Notes: generated by a model from the letters alone, not told the origin. A DNA stretch of 64,000 nt from a bacterium (GCA_021372615.1 JAJFUB010000040.1:2453-66452), one strand, 5' to 3'. Positions 16,942 through 26,045 are shown, numbered from the stretch's first letter. Program-made: numbers and translations.

Positions 16942-19900
16942 TCAGGCCTTCGCGCACACTAGCCGTCCGTCGGTCGTCGCCGCCACCACCATCTCCCCCA
17001 CTGCCAACAGGCGCGTGGCCGCTGCACCCAGCGTATCCTCCGCCACGACCTCGCCCGCCAGGCTCAGCCACTGGAGCCGGCCGTCCTCGTGGGCGACACA
17101 CAGGGCGTCTCCGCTGGCACACAACGCCGTGCAGGGGCTGGCGTCTACATGACGCCACACCTGTCGCCCGTGACCGTCCACCAGGTGCACGTCGCCCGTC
17201 GCCGAGGCCGCCGCGATCCCCCGGGGCGTCACCACCAGCCCGCGCGGGTCATCGCCGATGCTGTAGGTCCACTTCTTCACGCCCAGTCGGTCAATGCAAT
17301 GGATCAGCGTGTCGCTGCCGACGGTGATGACCTCCAGGTCGCCGTCGCCATCCACTTCGGCCACGCACACGAACGGGAAGAGCGGGCCGGCGCTCCAGAA
17401 GTCGTTATAGTCCTCGTCTTCCCACAGCCGCAGGCCGTCGGGCGTTACGGCCGGGACGCAGAAGTAGACGGTAGCGACCGCGATCTCGTCGCGGCCGTCG
17501 TGGTTCAGGTCCCCCGCCACGACGGTCGTCACCGAGTGCGCCGCCGTGTCGAACGTCCAGCGCAGGCTACCCTCGGGGGTGATCGCGTGGACGCGCCAGG
17601 CGTCCGTGCCGACGATGGGCCACAGTCTCCCGTCGCCATCGAGGTCGGCCACGGCCAGGGCGCGCCCGTGGGCGGGCAGGTGCGAGTTGCGCGGCAGCGT
17701 CAGGCGCAGCCGCTCGCTGCCATCGGCGTGCAGCAGCCGCAGCAGGCAGTCGTGCCCCGTCGCGACGACGGTCGTCTCGGCCTCACCCCACAGCCGCGCG
17801 GCCAGGACGGCCCCGATCTTCCCCTCGGCTCGTGCCAACTCGATCAGTTCGCCCTCCGTGGAGACTTGTGCGATGAGACCGTCGTCGCAGCCGACGAGCA
17901 ACGACGGCCGACCGGAAGCCGGCGCTCCCGAGGCCAGGCACGTCGCCGGCGAGGGGAGAGCCACTTCCCACACCGTCGCGTGGGCGGGCGTGTCCACACG
18001 CCCGCGACCGGCCGCGTGGGTGGGCGTGTCCTCACGCCCGCCACTGGCCGCGTGAGGACACGCGGCCCCACGCGACACCAGCGCCGTCAGCCGCTCCCCC
18101 TCCGCAAACACATGGCTCCCGGCGTCCTCCACCTCGAAGCCATCGGTGCCGATGACGACCGACCGCCCCTCCCCGGTCAGTAGCACCCGCCCCTCGTGCA
18201 GCCGCACCTGTCGCCGCGGCGCCTCAACCTTGCCGTTGGGCAGCAGCAGGTTCACGAAGCACGCCTGCTCGCCGGCGGCCAGGCGCACATGCTGCGTCTC
18301 GCGCAGCACCTGCGGGATGCCGGCGCCGAAGTGGTACTCCGGGTAGTTGAGGCTGTTGACCGACGGCGGCTCGGCATCCAGCCGCCGGGCCGAGTCGGTC
18401 GCCTCGATCACGTGGAAGTGCTCGCCGTCATGCACGGTGTGCAGGCCCCGGTCGGTCAGCTTCGTCTCCGCCAGCGTGCGCCACGTGCACCGCAGCTCGT
18501 AGTCGCCGCACTGGCGCGCCGTGAGCGTGTCCATCACCAGCGCGCAGTCGTTGCGCAGCCACAGGATCGTCCGCTGCCAGTCGCAGCCGTTGTAGTCCGG
18601 CAGCGTCGTCTGGGTGAACGCCCCGCCGCTGAACTCGAACGCCTTGTCCAGCCGTGCGGTCACGGGGATGTCGGCATGCTGCCCGTCGCGAATGACCATC
18701 ATCATGTTGTGCTGCTGGGGCATGCGCAGGATGTAGTCACTCTCGGCCAGGAAGAGCCTCCCCCGCGCCTGGTACTGCAGGATCGAGTTGGCGTCCGGGT
18801 GTGCGTGCTGGCCCATGCCCATCCCCTGCAGCAGCAGGTAGTCATCGGTCGCCTCCCAGCCGCCCCGCAGGGACAGCTTGTCAAAGCCCTGCTCAGGCGG
18901 CACGGTGGGCGCCAGCGGCGGGGGCGGGTAGCCCGGGAAGCGCGGCAGGTGCCCCCAGCGGTGGATCACCGGGTCCATGGGCAGCACAAAGAGGCCAACA
19001 CGCTTGCGCAGTGTCGGGCTGTCGGGTGCCACGGTCAGCCCTGCTGACCGTGCGGTAGGATCACCCAGCTCCCGGGTGAACACGTCGCTCGCCGCGGCCT
19101 GTGGCGCGTGCTGCTCCGCCAGCCACTTGTAGCCGGCATCGTGGTGCCACTCGGCTGCCCGCAGCAGGATGTTCCCGGCGCCCGTGCCGGTGATGTGGTA
19201 GCTCCCGCAGTCCCCGTAGGGCACCAGCTCGCGGGCGTTGTTCATGATGACCGCGGCCAGATCGGCATAGTGGCAGAGCTTCTCCGAGGCCGCGTACGAA
19301 GCGTCCCCCGCGGCCAGCGACACCCGCAGCAGGTGGTTGCCCACGAGCCAGTTGTAACCGGACCCACCCTCGTCGAACGACCGCCCCGCCGTGGCCGCCC
19401 GGGCGAACACCTGGAGGCTCTTGCGCAGCCATCCGTCCATCTCGGGCAGGCGGTAGTCATGCCGCTGCAGATACAGGCACGAGAAGAACAGGCCGGTGGC
19501 CGGGAAGGTGTGGTGGTTGAAGATCTGGTGGTCTTCGTCAGTGATGCGCCACTTCTGGTAGGTGATCGAGTCCTGGCAGTACTGGGCGCAGGCGACGAGG
19601 AAGTTGACGGCCATCAGCCGCTCCTCATCGGTGAAGAAGGGCAACTCTTCGACGGCGTCCCAGTCCAGCGCCATCCGGTCGGTCCAGAAGTCCACATGGC
19701 ACATCTTGGCGAAGGTCAGCGGCACGCGCCCGGTGGCGTACGGGATCAGGGCCTCAACGAACGCCCGCGCCCAGCGCTCCTCGCCACTTTTCGCCGCTAC
19801 GCTGAGGGGGTGCAGCAGCAGCGGCATTCCCGTCGCCGACTCATCGAGGCTCTGCAGACGCGGCAGCCACTCGGCCGGGTCCTCCGTCTGCACCGCCGGC

Positions 19901-20409
19901 CCGCGCAGGTGCAGCGGCGCCGTGGGAGCGCCGGCTTCCAGCCGGCCCATCAGCTCGGCCACGCTCGCCCGGCACGCCTCCGGCGTGTACCCCAGCGCGC
20001 ACAGCACATTCGCCCCGTCTCCATACGGGTTGTGGACCGACCGCACCCTGTAGGACGCGTGGGAGCGGTCACCGACCGCGACCTCATTTGCCGGGTAGTC
20101 CCCGTCCCCCAGGAACCCCAGGTACTGCAGCGACCGCAGCAGCATGTTGTTGGCCGCGTGGCCGATGGCGACGACCGTCGTGCCCAGGCCCTCGGGGTTC
20201 CAGCACTGGGCCTGGTCGAGGGTCAGCACCGTGGCCCCGGTCAGCTCCTCGAGCTGCTGCTCCAGCTCCTCAGCGATGGCGGCGAACTCGCCCTCCCGCG
20301 GGGCGGCCACCAGGACCTCGTCCAGCGGGGTCTTCTCATACAGCGGGGCCAGCCGCGTGATGCGGCCGGGGTCCACATGCAGCTCAATCATGGCGCCTTT
20401 GTCGGCCAT
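16942..20409 (-). CDS. Heparinase II/III-like polysaccharide-lyase family protein with C-terminal FG-GAP/VCBS beta-propeller repeats
   Basis: ATG at 20409 (MADKGAMIELHV...). The region MGQHAHPDANSILQYQARGRLFLAESDY resembles the Hepar_II_III motif. C-terminal FG-GAP-like repeats (VADLDGDGRLW, GDLNHDGRDEIAV, AEVDGDGDLEVITV). The stop overlaps a REP core. Confidence 0.8.
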   Translation of the reverse strand: MADKGAMIELHVDPGRITRLAPLYEKTPLDEVLVAAPREGEFAAIAEELEQQLEELTGATVLTLDQAQCWNPEGLGTTVVAIGHAANNMLLRSLQYLGFLGDGDYPANEVAVGDRSHASYRVRSVHNPYGDGANVLCALGYTPEACRASVAELMGRLEAGAPTAPLHLRGPAVQTEDPAEWLPRLQSLDESATGMPLLLHPLSVAAKSGEERWARAFVEALIPYATGRVPLTFAKMCHVDFWTDRMALDWDAVEELPFFTDEERLMAVNFLVACAQYCQDSITYQKWRITDEDHQIFNHHTFPATGLFFSCLYLQRHDYRLPEMDGWLRKSLQVFARAATAGRSFDEGGSGYNWLVGNHLLRVSLAAGDASYAASEKLCHYADLAAVIMNNARELVPYGDCGSYHITGTGAGNILLRAAEWHHDAGYKWLAEQHAPQAAASDVFTRELGDPTARSAGLTVAPDSPTLRKRVGLFVLPMDPVIHRWGHLPRFPGYPPPPLAPTVPPEQGFDKLSLRGGWEATDDYLLLQGMGMGQHAHPDANSILQYQARGRLFLAESDYILRMPQQHNMMMVIRDGQHADIPVTARLDKAFEFSGGAFTQTTLPDYNGCDWQRTILWLRNDCALVMDTLTARQCGDYELRCTWRTLAETKLTDRGLHTVHDGEHFHVIEATDSARRLDAEPPSVNSLNYPEYHFGAGIPQVLRETQHVRLAAGEQACFVNLLLPNGKVEAPRRQVRLHEGRVLLTGEGRSVVIGTDGFEVEDAGSHVFAEGERLTALVSRGAACPHAASGGREDTPTHAAGRGRVDTPAHATVWEVALPSPATCLASGAPASGRPSLLVGCDDGLIAQVSTEGELIELARAEGKIGAVLAARLWGEAETTVVATGHDCLLRLLHADGSERLRLTLPRNSHLPAHGRALAVADLDGDGRLWPIVGTDAWRVHAITPEGSLRWTFDTAAHSVTTVVAGDLNHDGRDEIAVATVYFCVPAVTPDGLRLWEDEDYNDFWSAGPLFPFVCVAEVDGDGDLEVITVGSDTLIHCIDRLGVKKWTYSIGDDPRGLVVTPRGIAAASATGDVHLVDGHGRQVWRHVDASPCTALCASGDALCVAHEDGRLQWLSLAGEVVAEDTLGAAATRLLAVGEMVVAATTDGRLVCAKA
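17985..18080. repeat. REP family-2 variant palindromes (two direct copies plus one inverted) lying in-frame inside the heparinase-like CDS
   Basis: GCGTGGG(C/T)GGGCGTGTCC(A/T)CACGCCCGC x2 followed by GCGTGAGGACACGCGGCCCCACGCG. Encodes the low-complexity peptide ...ACPHAASGGREDTPTHAAGRGRVDTPAHAT... Confidence 0.7.
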
Positions 20410-20517
20410 CGGGTTCACCTGTGGGGACGGACTGGAGTAACGACCGGGGGTAATACGCCGGGGGATGGGAGAAGACCTCCGCCGCGCGACAGCGGTCGGC
20501 AAACTGGCGCTGCCGCC

Positions 20518-21816
20518 CTAACGCTGGTACGCAGGCTGCGGCGAGTACGGTGTCCGGGAGGGAGACGTCGGCTGCGCCTGGCCCGGCATTCCGTAGGGCG
20601 ACGCCTGCTGTCCCGGCGCTGCCGGGTTCGCCGGCCGCTGCGACGGCGTGACGCCGGGGGTCGGGACCTGCGAGGGGGTGTTCGCCGACGTCTGTGGCTG
20701 GCCAGGCGGCTGGTACCCGGGGGTGCTGGGCGCCAGCGGATGGGTCGGCGCCAGCGGGTTGGGGGGCAGTTGCGGCGGCGTGTAGGTCGGCACCTGGATC
20801 TGACCGGTGGGCATGAACTGCTCTGCGTTCGGGAAGTTCAGCGGCGGCGTCGTGTAGGGCCCCGAGGGCGAGAGGGATCGGGAGGGGGACGAGGCCGCGG
20901 ACTGCGTCGGGGCTGACTTGACGATCGCCTGGGCGGTGTCGTATTCCTGGCGGATGGGCCTGATCCACGGGTTGTCCGGGTCCGTGGTCTCGGCCGCCTG
21001 CACGAACTTCCCGCACTCAGCCAGCCAGGCGAGGCCGTCCTGCACCTGGTTGGCCTCCCCCGCTGCGGCCGCGCGCAGCAACGCCGTCGCCCCCAGGAGG
21101 GCCTGGGCCGTGGACTTGATCCGCTTGGTCGAGCGCAGCGAGCGGTCCACCGGTCGCCGCTTCGGGTCCTTGTCACAACGCTTGATGCAGTCGCGCAGCC
21201 ATGCGTCGCAGTTGTCCAGCGCCTTCGTGTCGCCCTGCTTCGCCTGCTCCAGGAGGCGCTCGAAGGCAGCCTTCGCCTCCTCCTCGCTCCAGAACTCAAT
21301 GCACGACATCCCGCCACACAGCGATGCCTCGGACATGCACTCTTCCAGTTTGAGTGCCTTCGTGAATGACGCGCGCGCGCCGGCGAAGTCCTTGCCCTTG
21401 ACCTGGCTCATGCCGCTGCGGTACAGGCTCGCAGCTCGCGCGTGCGGGCTGGTCAGGTCGCGAAACCACACGCCGGACATCGCGACGACGAGGAGACCGC
21501 AGATGATGCCCCCGATCACGCGCCCCGGGGGGATCTGTCCCGCCCTCGAGGCGCGGGTCCCCGCCGGTCGCTCGGCGGCCACCGGCGCCGCGGCGGTGGG
21601 AGACATGGGCTGTGGCGGGCCGGGCGCAATCGGCGGAAAGGGGGTCGGAGGCAGGGGAGCGGAGCGGGAGGGGGGTGCGGCGGGCGCCGGAGCGTCACCG
21701 GGCGCCTTCTTGCACCGCGGGCAGACCCTGTCCAGCTCCGGGGTCATGGCATAGCCGCAGTGCGGACAGCCTCCCCGGCCGGGGAGCCGCACACCGGTGG
21801 CGGGATGGTCTGGCAT
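20518..21816 (-). CDS. Zinc-ribbon membrane protein with Pro/Gln-rich C-terminal tail
   Basis: ATG at 21816 (MPDHPATGV...GGCPHCGYAMTPELDRVCPRCKK) preceded by AGGAGGGGG RBS. One TM helix (VIGGIICGLLVVAMSGVWF), a helical domain, then a PxxP/Q-rich tail. Confidence 0.65.
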   Translation of the reverse strand: MPDHPATGVRLPGRGGCPHCGYAMTPELDRVCPRCKKAPGDAPAPAAPPSRSAPLPPTPFPPIAPGPPQPMSPTAAAPVAAERPAGTRASRAGQIPPGRVIGGIICGLLVVAMSGVWFRDLTSPHARAASLYRSGMSQVKGKDFAGARASFTKALKLEECMSEASLCGGMSCIEFWSEEEAKAAFERLLEQAKQGDTKALDNCDAWLRDCIKRCDKDPKRRPVDRSLRSTKRIKSTAQALLGATALLRAAAAGEANQVQDGLAWLAECGKFVQAAETTDPDNPWIRPIRQEYDTAQAIVKSAPTQSAASSPSRSLSPSGPYTTPPLNFPNAEQFMPTGQIQVPTYTPPQLPPNPLAPTHPLAPSTPGYQPPGQPQTSANTPSQVPTPGVTPSQRPANPAAPGQQASPYGMPGQAQPTSPSRTPYSPQPAYQR

Positions 21817-21872
21817 AGACGCCCCCTCCTGGTACATGTCGGTTAGTGGTTGATATTCTGCCCCGGTCGCCA

Positions 21873-24296
21873 ATGTCCTCCCCGGTGTCGCCATCGCCCC
21901 CCGACATTCCGGGTGCGCACAGGAATCGCCATTCGCCCGGCGAAGGGGCTGCCGTCGCGGACTCCCTGCCACAGGAGGCGCCGCCCGTGCCAGCCCTACT
22001 CTCGTCGGTCATCGCCGTGCTGATCGCCGCTGTAGTCTGCGCCGCCGGCCCGCCTACCGTCGCCTACACCCCCGACGACCACACGCTCCTCCTACACCAC
22101 TTCGAGGGCAACACCGGCCATGGCGGTATGGACGCCGACTTCGCCAGGGGCAACCCCTCGCCCGTCGCCGGCGGCGGCGCGCCCACTCTGGTCGCGGGCA
22201 AGATTGGCCAGGCCTTCCTGTTCGCGCCCAGCTACCGCGGCCTGCTCTTCGCCGGGAAGGGCAACTACAACCCGAAGCAGGGCACCGTCGAGTTCTGGAT
22301 GCGTCTGCCGGCCCTCGTGCCCGGAGCGTGGCGGGCCACCAAAGGGCTGTGGCAGACCTACCAGGGCGACCTCGCCAAGTCGCGCCTCGTCATCTGCGTG
22401 GGTGACTTCAACTCCGCCCGCACCGCCAGCAAGCCGACCAACCTCGTCGCCGACCTGCTGGACGGCCAACTTGGCCTCAAGACCGACATCGGCAACTGGA
22501 AGCCGGACGAATGGCATCACGTCGCCCTGCTCTGGGACGCGCAGACGGCCCGGCTGCTGCTGGACGGAGTCCGCGTCGCGGAGGGCAAGCACCCGCCGCT
22601 GGAAGCCGCCCCGGTCTTCGAGGTCGGCAGCAACACCGTCGAGGCGCTCGATGAGCTGCGGATCTCGGACGTCATGCGCACCGAACTGGAGGTGTCCAAC
22701 GCTGTGAAGCAGGAGACGTCCTTCAAGCCTCTCGCCGACAGCAAGCCCGAGGCGCCCCGGCCCCTCCCGCCGCTGCCCTCTCCCCCACCCCGGCCAGCCG
22801 TGGTCGAACTGAAGCCCGGCGTGCCTAACCTGTTCGTGGATGACTACCTGATCGAGACCCAGACCAGCCTGATCCGCCGCCTGGGGCAGGTCACCAAGGT
22901 CGAGCAGCCGGTCATCCGGGCCGAGGGCCTGTGGGAGGAGACCGCGGCCTTTCCCTTCAGCGGCGGCGCCCTGCGCCTGGGCGACAACGACTGGCGCCTG
23001 TGGTACCAGACCTACATCCGCTGGCGGTTGGGCAAGGATGGCACGAGTCTGTGCTACGCCACGAGCAAGGACGGAGTGCACTGGGAGAAGCCGAAGCTGG
23101 GGCAGTTCGAGATCCGCGGCGGCAAGGACAACAACGCCGTCCTGCACATGCCCATGGACAACGCCAGCGTCCTATATGACCCGGACGACAAGGACCCGCA
23201 GCGCCGCTACAAGTGCGTGGTCTACCAGAGCCTCGAGGAGGGGACGGGCTGCTACGGCTACACCTCGCCCGATGGGATCAAGTGGACCCGCACCCCGCAC
23301 ATCCTCATCAAGGGCGCGGGCGACCGCACATCGGCGTGGTACGACCCCCTGCGTCACAAGTGCGTCATCTTCACCCGCTACAACATGGTCTACCCGGGCC
23401 GCTACATCTTCCAGTCCGAGAGCGACGACTTCGAGCACTGGACTGAGCCCCAACTGCTCTTCGACTATTCTGCCATAGACAAGCCCAAGGGCGTGCAGCA
23501 CTACGGGGCGGGGGGCTTCGCCTATGGCGACATGTACGTGGGGTCCCTGGAGATGTTCCACGTGCCGTACCGGCGGCTGGACACGCAACTGATCTGCAGC
23601 CGCGATGCGAAGTTCTGGCAGCGGGTGTGCGATGGGGAGGTCCTCTTGCCCAACGGGCCGGAGGGCAGCTTCGACCACTTCTGGGCCTTCCCGGCGGCGA
23701 CCGCGCCGATCCGGGTGGGGAAGGAGCTATGGTTCTACTACGCGGGCCGCGGCCACCCGCACGCCGGCCCCGCGCCGCCAATCTGGCCCGGCGAGGACGA
23801 CGTCGCCAAGCCCCACCAGTCCTACTGGGCGAGCACCGGCCTGGCGAAGCTGCGGGTGGACGGCTTCGCCGCGATGGACGCCAGCGGCGAGGTGGCGACG
23901 CTGATCACGGTGCCACTGCAACTGCGGGGTCTGTCCCCGGAGGGGCGGCCGCAGGCCGCGACGCAGGGGGCTGACCCCGCTGCCGCTCCCACCCGGGGTC
24001 AGCCCCCTCCCGGCCCTGCGGGCCGTCCAGGGACAGACCCCTTGGCGCTCTTCATCAACGCCGACGCCGACAACTTCCCGGCGGGTAGTTCATGGCTGAA
24101 GGTCGGCCTGATGACACCGGACTTCACCCCGATCCCGGGCTTCGAGGCCGACAAGTGTACTCCGCTGAAGTCCGACAGCGTGGAATGGCAGGCCACGTGG
24201 GAAGGCAAGCCCGACCTGAGCAAGCTGGCCGGCCAGAAGGTGCGGCTGCAGTTCCAGCTCCTCAACACACGGCTATACTCGTTCACGGTCAGGTGA
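21873..24296 (+). CDS. LamG/concanavalin-A-like lectin domain + beta-propeller glycoside-hydrolase-like (GH43/GH32-superfamily-like) protein
   Basis: Track ORF 21846..24296 has a GTG start; the first in-frame ATG is at 21873. Hydrophobic anchor ALLSSVIAVLIAAVVCAAG, a LamG-like region, then WRLWYQTY...SKDGVHWEKP...YDPDD...SPDGIKWTR propeller-like repeats. The start is uncertain. Confidence 0.7.
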   Translation: MSSPVSPSPPDIPGAHRNRHSPGEGAAVADSLPQEAPPVPALLSSVIAVLIAAVVCAAGPPTVAYTPDDHTLLLHHFEGNTGHGGMDADFARGNPSPVAGGGAPTLVAGKIGQAFLFAPSYRGLLFAGKGNYNPKQGTVEFWMRLPALVPGAWRATKGLWQTYQGDLAKSRLVICVGDFNSARTASKPTNLVADLLDGQLGLKTDIGNWKPDEWHHVALLWDAQTARLLLDGVRVAEGKHPPLEAAPVFEVGSNTVEALDELRISDVMRTELEVSNAVKQETSFKPLADSKPEAPRPLPPLPSPPPRPAVVELKPGVPNLFVDDYLIETQTSLIRRLGQVTKVEQPVIRAEGLWEETAAFPFSGGALRLGDNDWRLWYQTYIRWRLGKDGTSLCYATSKDGVHWEKPKLGQFEIRGGKDNNAVLHMPMDNASVLYDPDDKDPQRRYKCVVYQSLEEGTGCYGYTSPDGIKWTRTPHILIKGAGDRTSAWYDPLRHKCVIFTRYNMVYPGRYIFQSESDDFEHWTEPQLLFDYSAIDKPKGVQHYGAGGFAYGDMYVGSLEMFHVPYRRLDTQLICSRDAKFWQRVCDGEVLLPNGPEGSFDHFWAFPAATAPIRVGKELWFYYAGRGHPHAGPAPPIWPGEDDVAKPHQSYWASTGLAKLRVDGFAAMDASGEVATLITVPLQLRGLSPEGRPQAATQGADPAAAPTRGQPPPGPAGRPGTDPLALFINADADNFPAGSSWLKVGLMTPDFTPIPGFEADKCTPLKSDSVEWQATWEGKPDLSKLAGQKVRLQFQLLNTRLYSFTVR
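23926..24051. repeat. REP family-1 nested palindrome inserted in-frame in CDS 21873..24296
   Basis: GGGGTCTGTCCCC...GGGGGCTGACCCC...GGGGTCAGCCCCC...GGGACAGACCCC. Encodes the G/P/A-rich peptide GLSPEGRPQAATQGADPAAAPTRGQPPPGPAGRPGTDP. Confidence 0.8.
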
Positions 24297-24301
24297 GGGG
24301 G

Positions 24302-25861
24302 CTACTGCCCCTTGGTGATGGTGACCCCCGCCACTGCCAGCTCCCCGGTCCCGATGACCGCCAGCCGGAAGTCGCTGCCGTTGGTGCGGTTGGAGAACCG
24401 GGCGTCCTGTAGTGTGAACGTCTCGCGCCGCCATGTGTTCGTGCCGCCGAGCGTCACGCGTCGGCCGTCCTTGAAGGCCCCCTCGTGTATGCTCGCCTGC
24501 GGGTCCAGCGAGTCGTACTGCAAGATGAACCCCTCCGCGCCCCCGTCGTAGACCTCGACCTCGATGGTGATCTCCCCCGGGTCCAGGTCGAAGACGAAGC
24601 CGTCATCCAGCGCGAAGTAGACGTACCGGCCGTGCGTGTCGTTCGGGGCGCTCTGCAGGCACCGCTTGCCGCCGACTTCCGCCTCCACGGTCAACCCGTC
24701 CCCGGCGTTCGACACCTTGACGCCCCCGTCCGCCCGGCCCTTGCCCAGGTCGGCCTTCAGCTCCGTCGCCCGCGCGTACGGCCCGATGGTCAGCTCCACT
24801 TGCGCGCCGGCGTGGAACAGGTCCGCGTACTTGCGGGTCAGCTCGATGTACTGCCGCCCGTACTCCCTGGACTCCGCCACATCGGTCCCCTCGTGGAACT
24901 CGTTCCACGTCTCGACCATCACCAGCTTCGGGCGCCGCACCGGCTTGTAGTGCAGCAGCCGCTCCCAGTTGCCGGCGTAGAACTGCCCGTCCTGGCGCGG
25001 CACGATCAGCGGCTTGCGCCCGCGCACGGCCGTGTGGTCGTAACCCGGCCCCACCGCCGCGCAGCCCGCGAGGCTCAGCCCGCTCACGGCCGCGCCCCAG
25101 TTGCAGGTGCTGTCCGCCTCGCCCTGCCAGCCGGTCTGCTTGATGAGGTAGGGGTTGACGCCGAAGTCCTTCTGGAAGCGCTCGCGGACGTACGGGAAGA
25201 GCGCCGGGTCTTGCTTGGCGGCGAAGCCGGGGGAGTACAGCAGGATGAGTGGCCGGCCCTCGCGCGCCGCCCAGTGGCGTGGCGGGATGTAGCTGAAGAA
25301 GTCGCGCACGGTGCAGTAGAACCATGCCTTGCCGTCGGGGGTGCTCAAGTCTACCTGCCGCCCGGCGCGGTTGTGCGCCAGCGTGGAGGTGTCGTAGAAC
25401 AGCGCGACCTGCGGGTGGGCCTCGCCCGCCTGGTCCATCTGGTCGCAGGCCTCGACCAGGTGCGGCAAGCCCTGGAAGGACCAGGCCTCGTAGCCGCTGG
25501 GGCAGCCCCAGTACACCGGCGCGGCGAAGTCCACCCCGGCGGCGGTGATGTCCGCCAGTTGCCGCCGCCACCACGCGGTCGAGTTGTAGCTGTAGTCATC
25601 CCAGCTTGGCGGGTGGTCCTGGCAGGCGTCGCCGCCGTCGGCGTACTTCACATGCGCGCCGGAGACGACATCATACCAGTAGAACAAGTAGGTACCGATG
25701 AGGGGCTGCTCGGCCTCGAAGCTCCGCACCGCAGTCAGGTCGGCCGCCTTGAGGCCGATGGATGGTCCCGGTGCGGCCGGCTCGGCGAACCATGACTCCT
25801 CGGCGCACAGCCCCGGTGTGAGTGCGAGACAGCACAGAGCCACGAGCATGGGGCGAAGCAT
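24302..25861 (-). CDS. Secreted GH99-like / DUF5010-like glycoside-hydrolase-family protein
   Basis: Signal peptide MLRPMLVALCCLALTPGLCAEE, AGGAGGG RBS. Motifs FYWYD and VETWNEFHEGT resemble the GH99/DUF5010 family. Confidence 0.75.
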   Translation of the reverse strand: MLRPMLVALCCLALTPGLCAEESWFAEPAAPGPSIGLKAADLTAVRSFEAEQPLIGTYLFYWYDVVSGAHVKYADGGDACQDHPPSWDDYSYNSTAWWRRQLADITAAGVDFAAPVYWGCPSGYEAWSFQGLPHLVEACDQMDQAGEAHPQVALFYDTSTLAHNRAGRQVDLSTPDGKAWFYCTVRDFFSYIPPRHWAAREGRPLILLYSPGFAAKQDPALFPYVRERFQKDFGVNPYLIKQTGWQGEADSTCNWGAAVSGLSLAGCAAVGPGYDHTAVRGRKPLIVPRQDGQFYAGNWERLLHYKPVRRPKLVMVETWNEFHEGTDVAESREYGRQYIELTRKYADLFHAGAQVELTIGPYARATELKADLGKGRADGGVKVSNAGDGLTVEAEVGGKRCLQSAPNDTHGRYVYFALDDGFVFDLDPGEITIEVEVYDGGAEGFILQYDSLDPQASIHEGAFKDGRRVTLGGTNTWRRETFTLQDARFSNRTNGSDFRLAVIGTGELAVAGVTITKGQ

Positions 25862-25984
25862 GGCGCTGCCCTCCTGCAGTTGTGTGAGGCCCGCCGCCCG
25901 GTACGCCCGACACTCCTATCGGGCGACCACTGTTACAACCTTCACCGCGCGGCCCGCGACCTCCTTGCCTGGAGCCCCTCCTCA

Positions 25985-26011
25985 AGACGACGGGCGCCGC
26001 CGGAGGTCGGC
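25985..26011 (-). terminator. Hairpin GGGCGCCGCCG-GAGGT-CGGCGGCGCCC downstream of the DUF1559 pilin-like gene
   Basis: Perfect 11-bp G/C stem 35 nt past the stop on the minus strand. No obvious U-tract. Confidence 0.5.
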
Positions 26012-26045
26012 GGCGCCCGCGAAGGCAATCACGTGCGTGTGGCAC

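Larger units (their letters stand above)
15530..16943. mobile_element. REP-RAYT-REP locus: RAYT gene embedded in arrays of its cognate REP (core GAG[TC]CGCGCCTCCGGCGCT and companion CTAGGCGGGGGCGGAAGCCCCCGTCACCG)
   Basis: A ~100-bp REP-pair segment is duplicated on each side (15533-15630 and 16343-16460). There are 2.5 units of a ~93-bp tandem repeat at 15679-15885 and ~4.3 units at 16541-16943. The REP core occurs in both orientations immediately flanking the CDS. Confidence 0.8.

Noticed and set aside
16350-17327. 325-aa plus-strand ORF with repeated RTPNPSAGGA…RRGRKPPSPSAPLLIPL
   Set aside because: It is the translation of the ~93-bp REP tandem array and the antisense of the 3' end of the heparinase-like gene.
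19108-20916. 602-aa plus-strand ORF
   Set aside because: Antisense to the heparinase-like and zinc-ribbon genes, with Arg/Gly-rich translation.
24485-25795. 436-aa plus-strand ORF
   Set aside because: Antisense to the GH99-like secreted protein gene.
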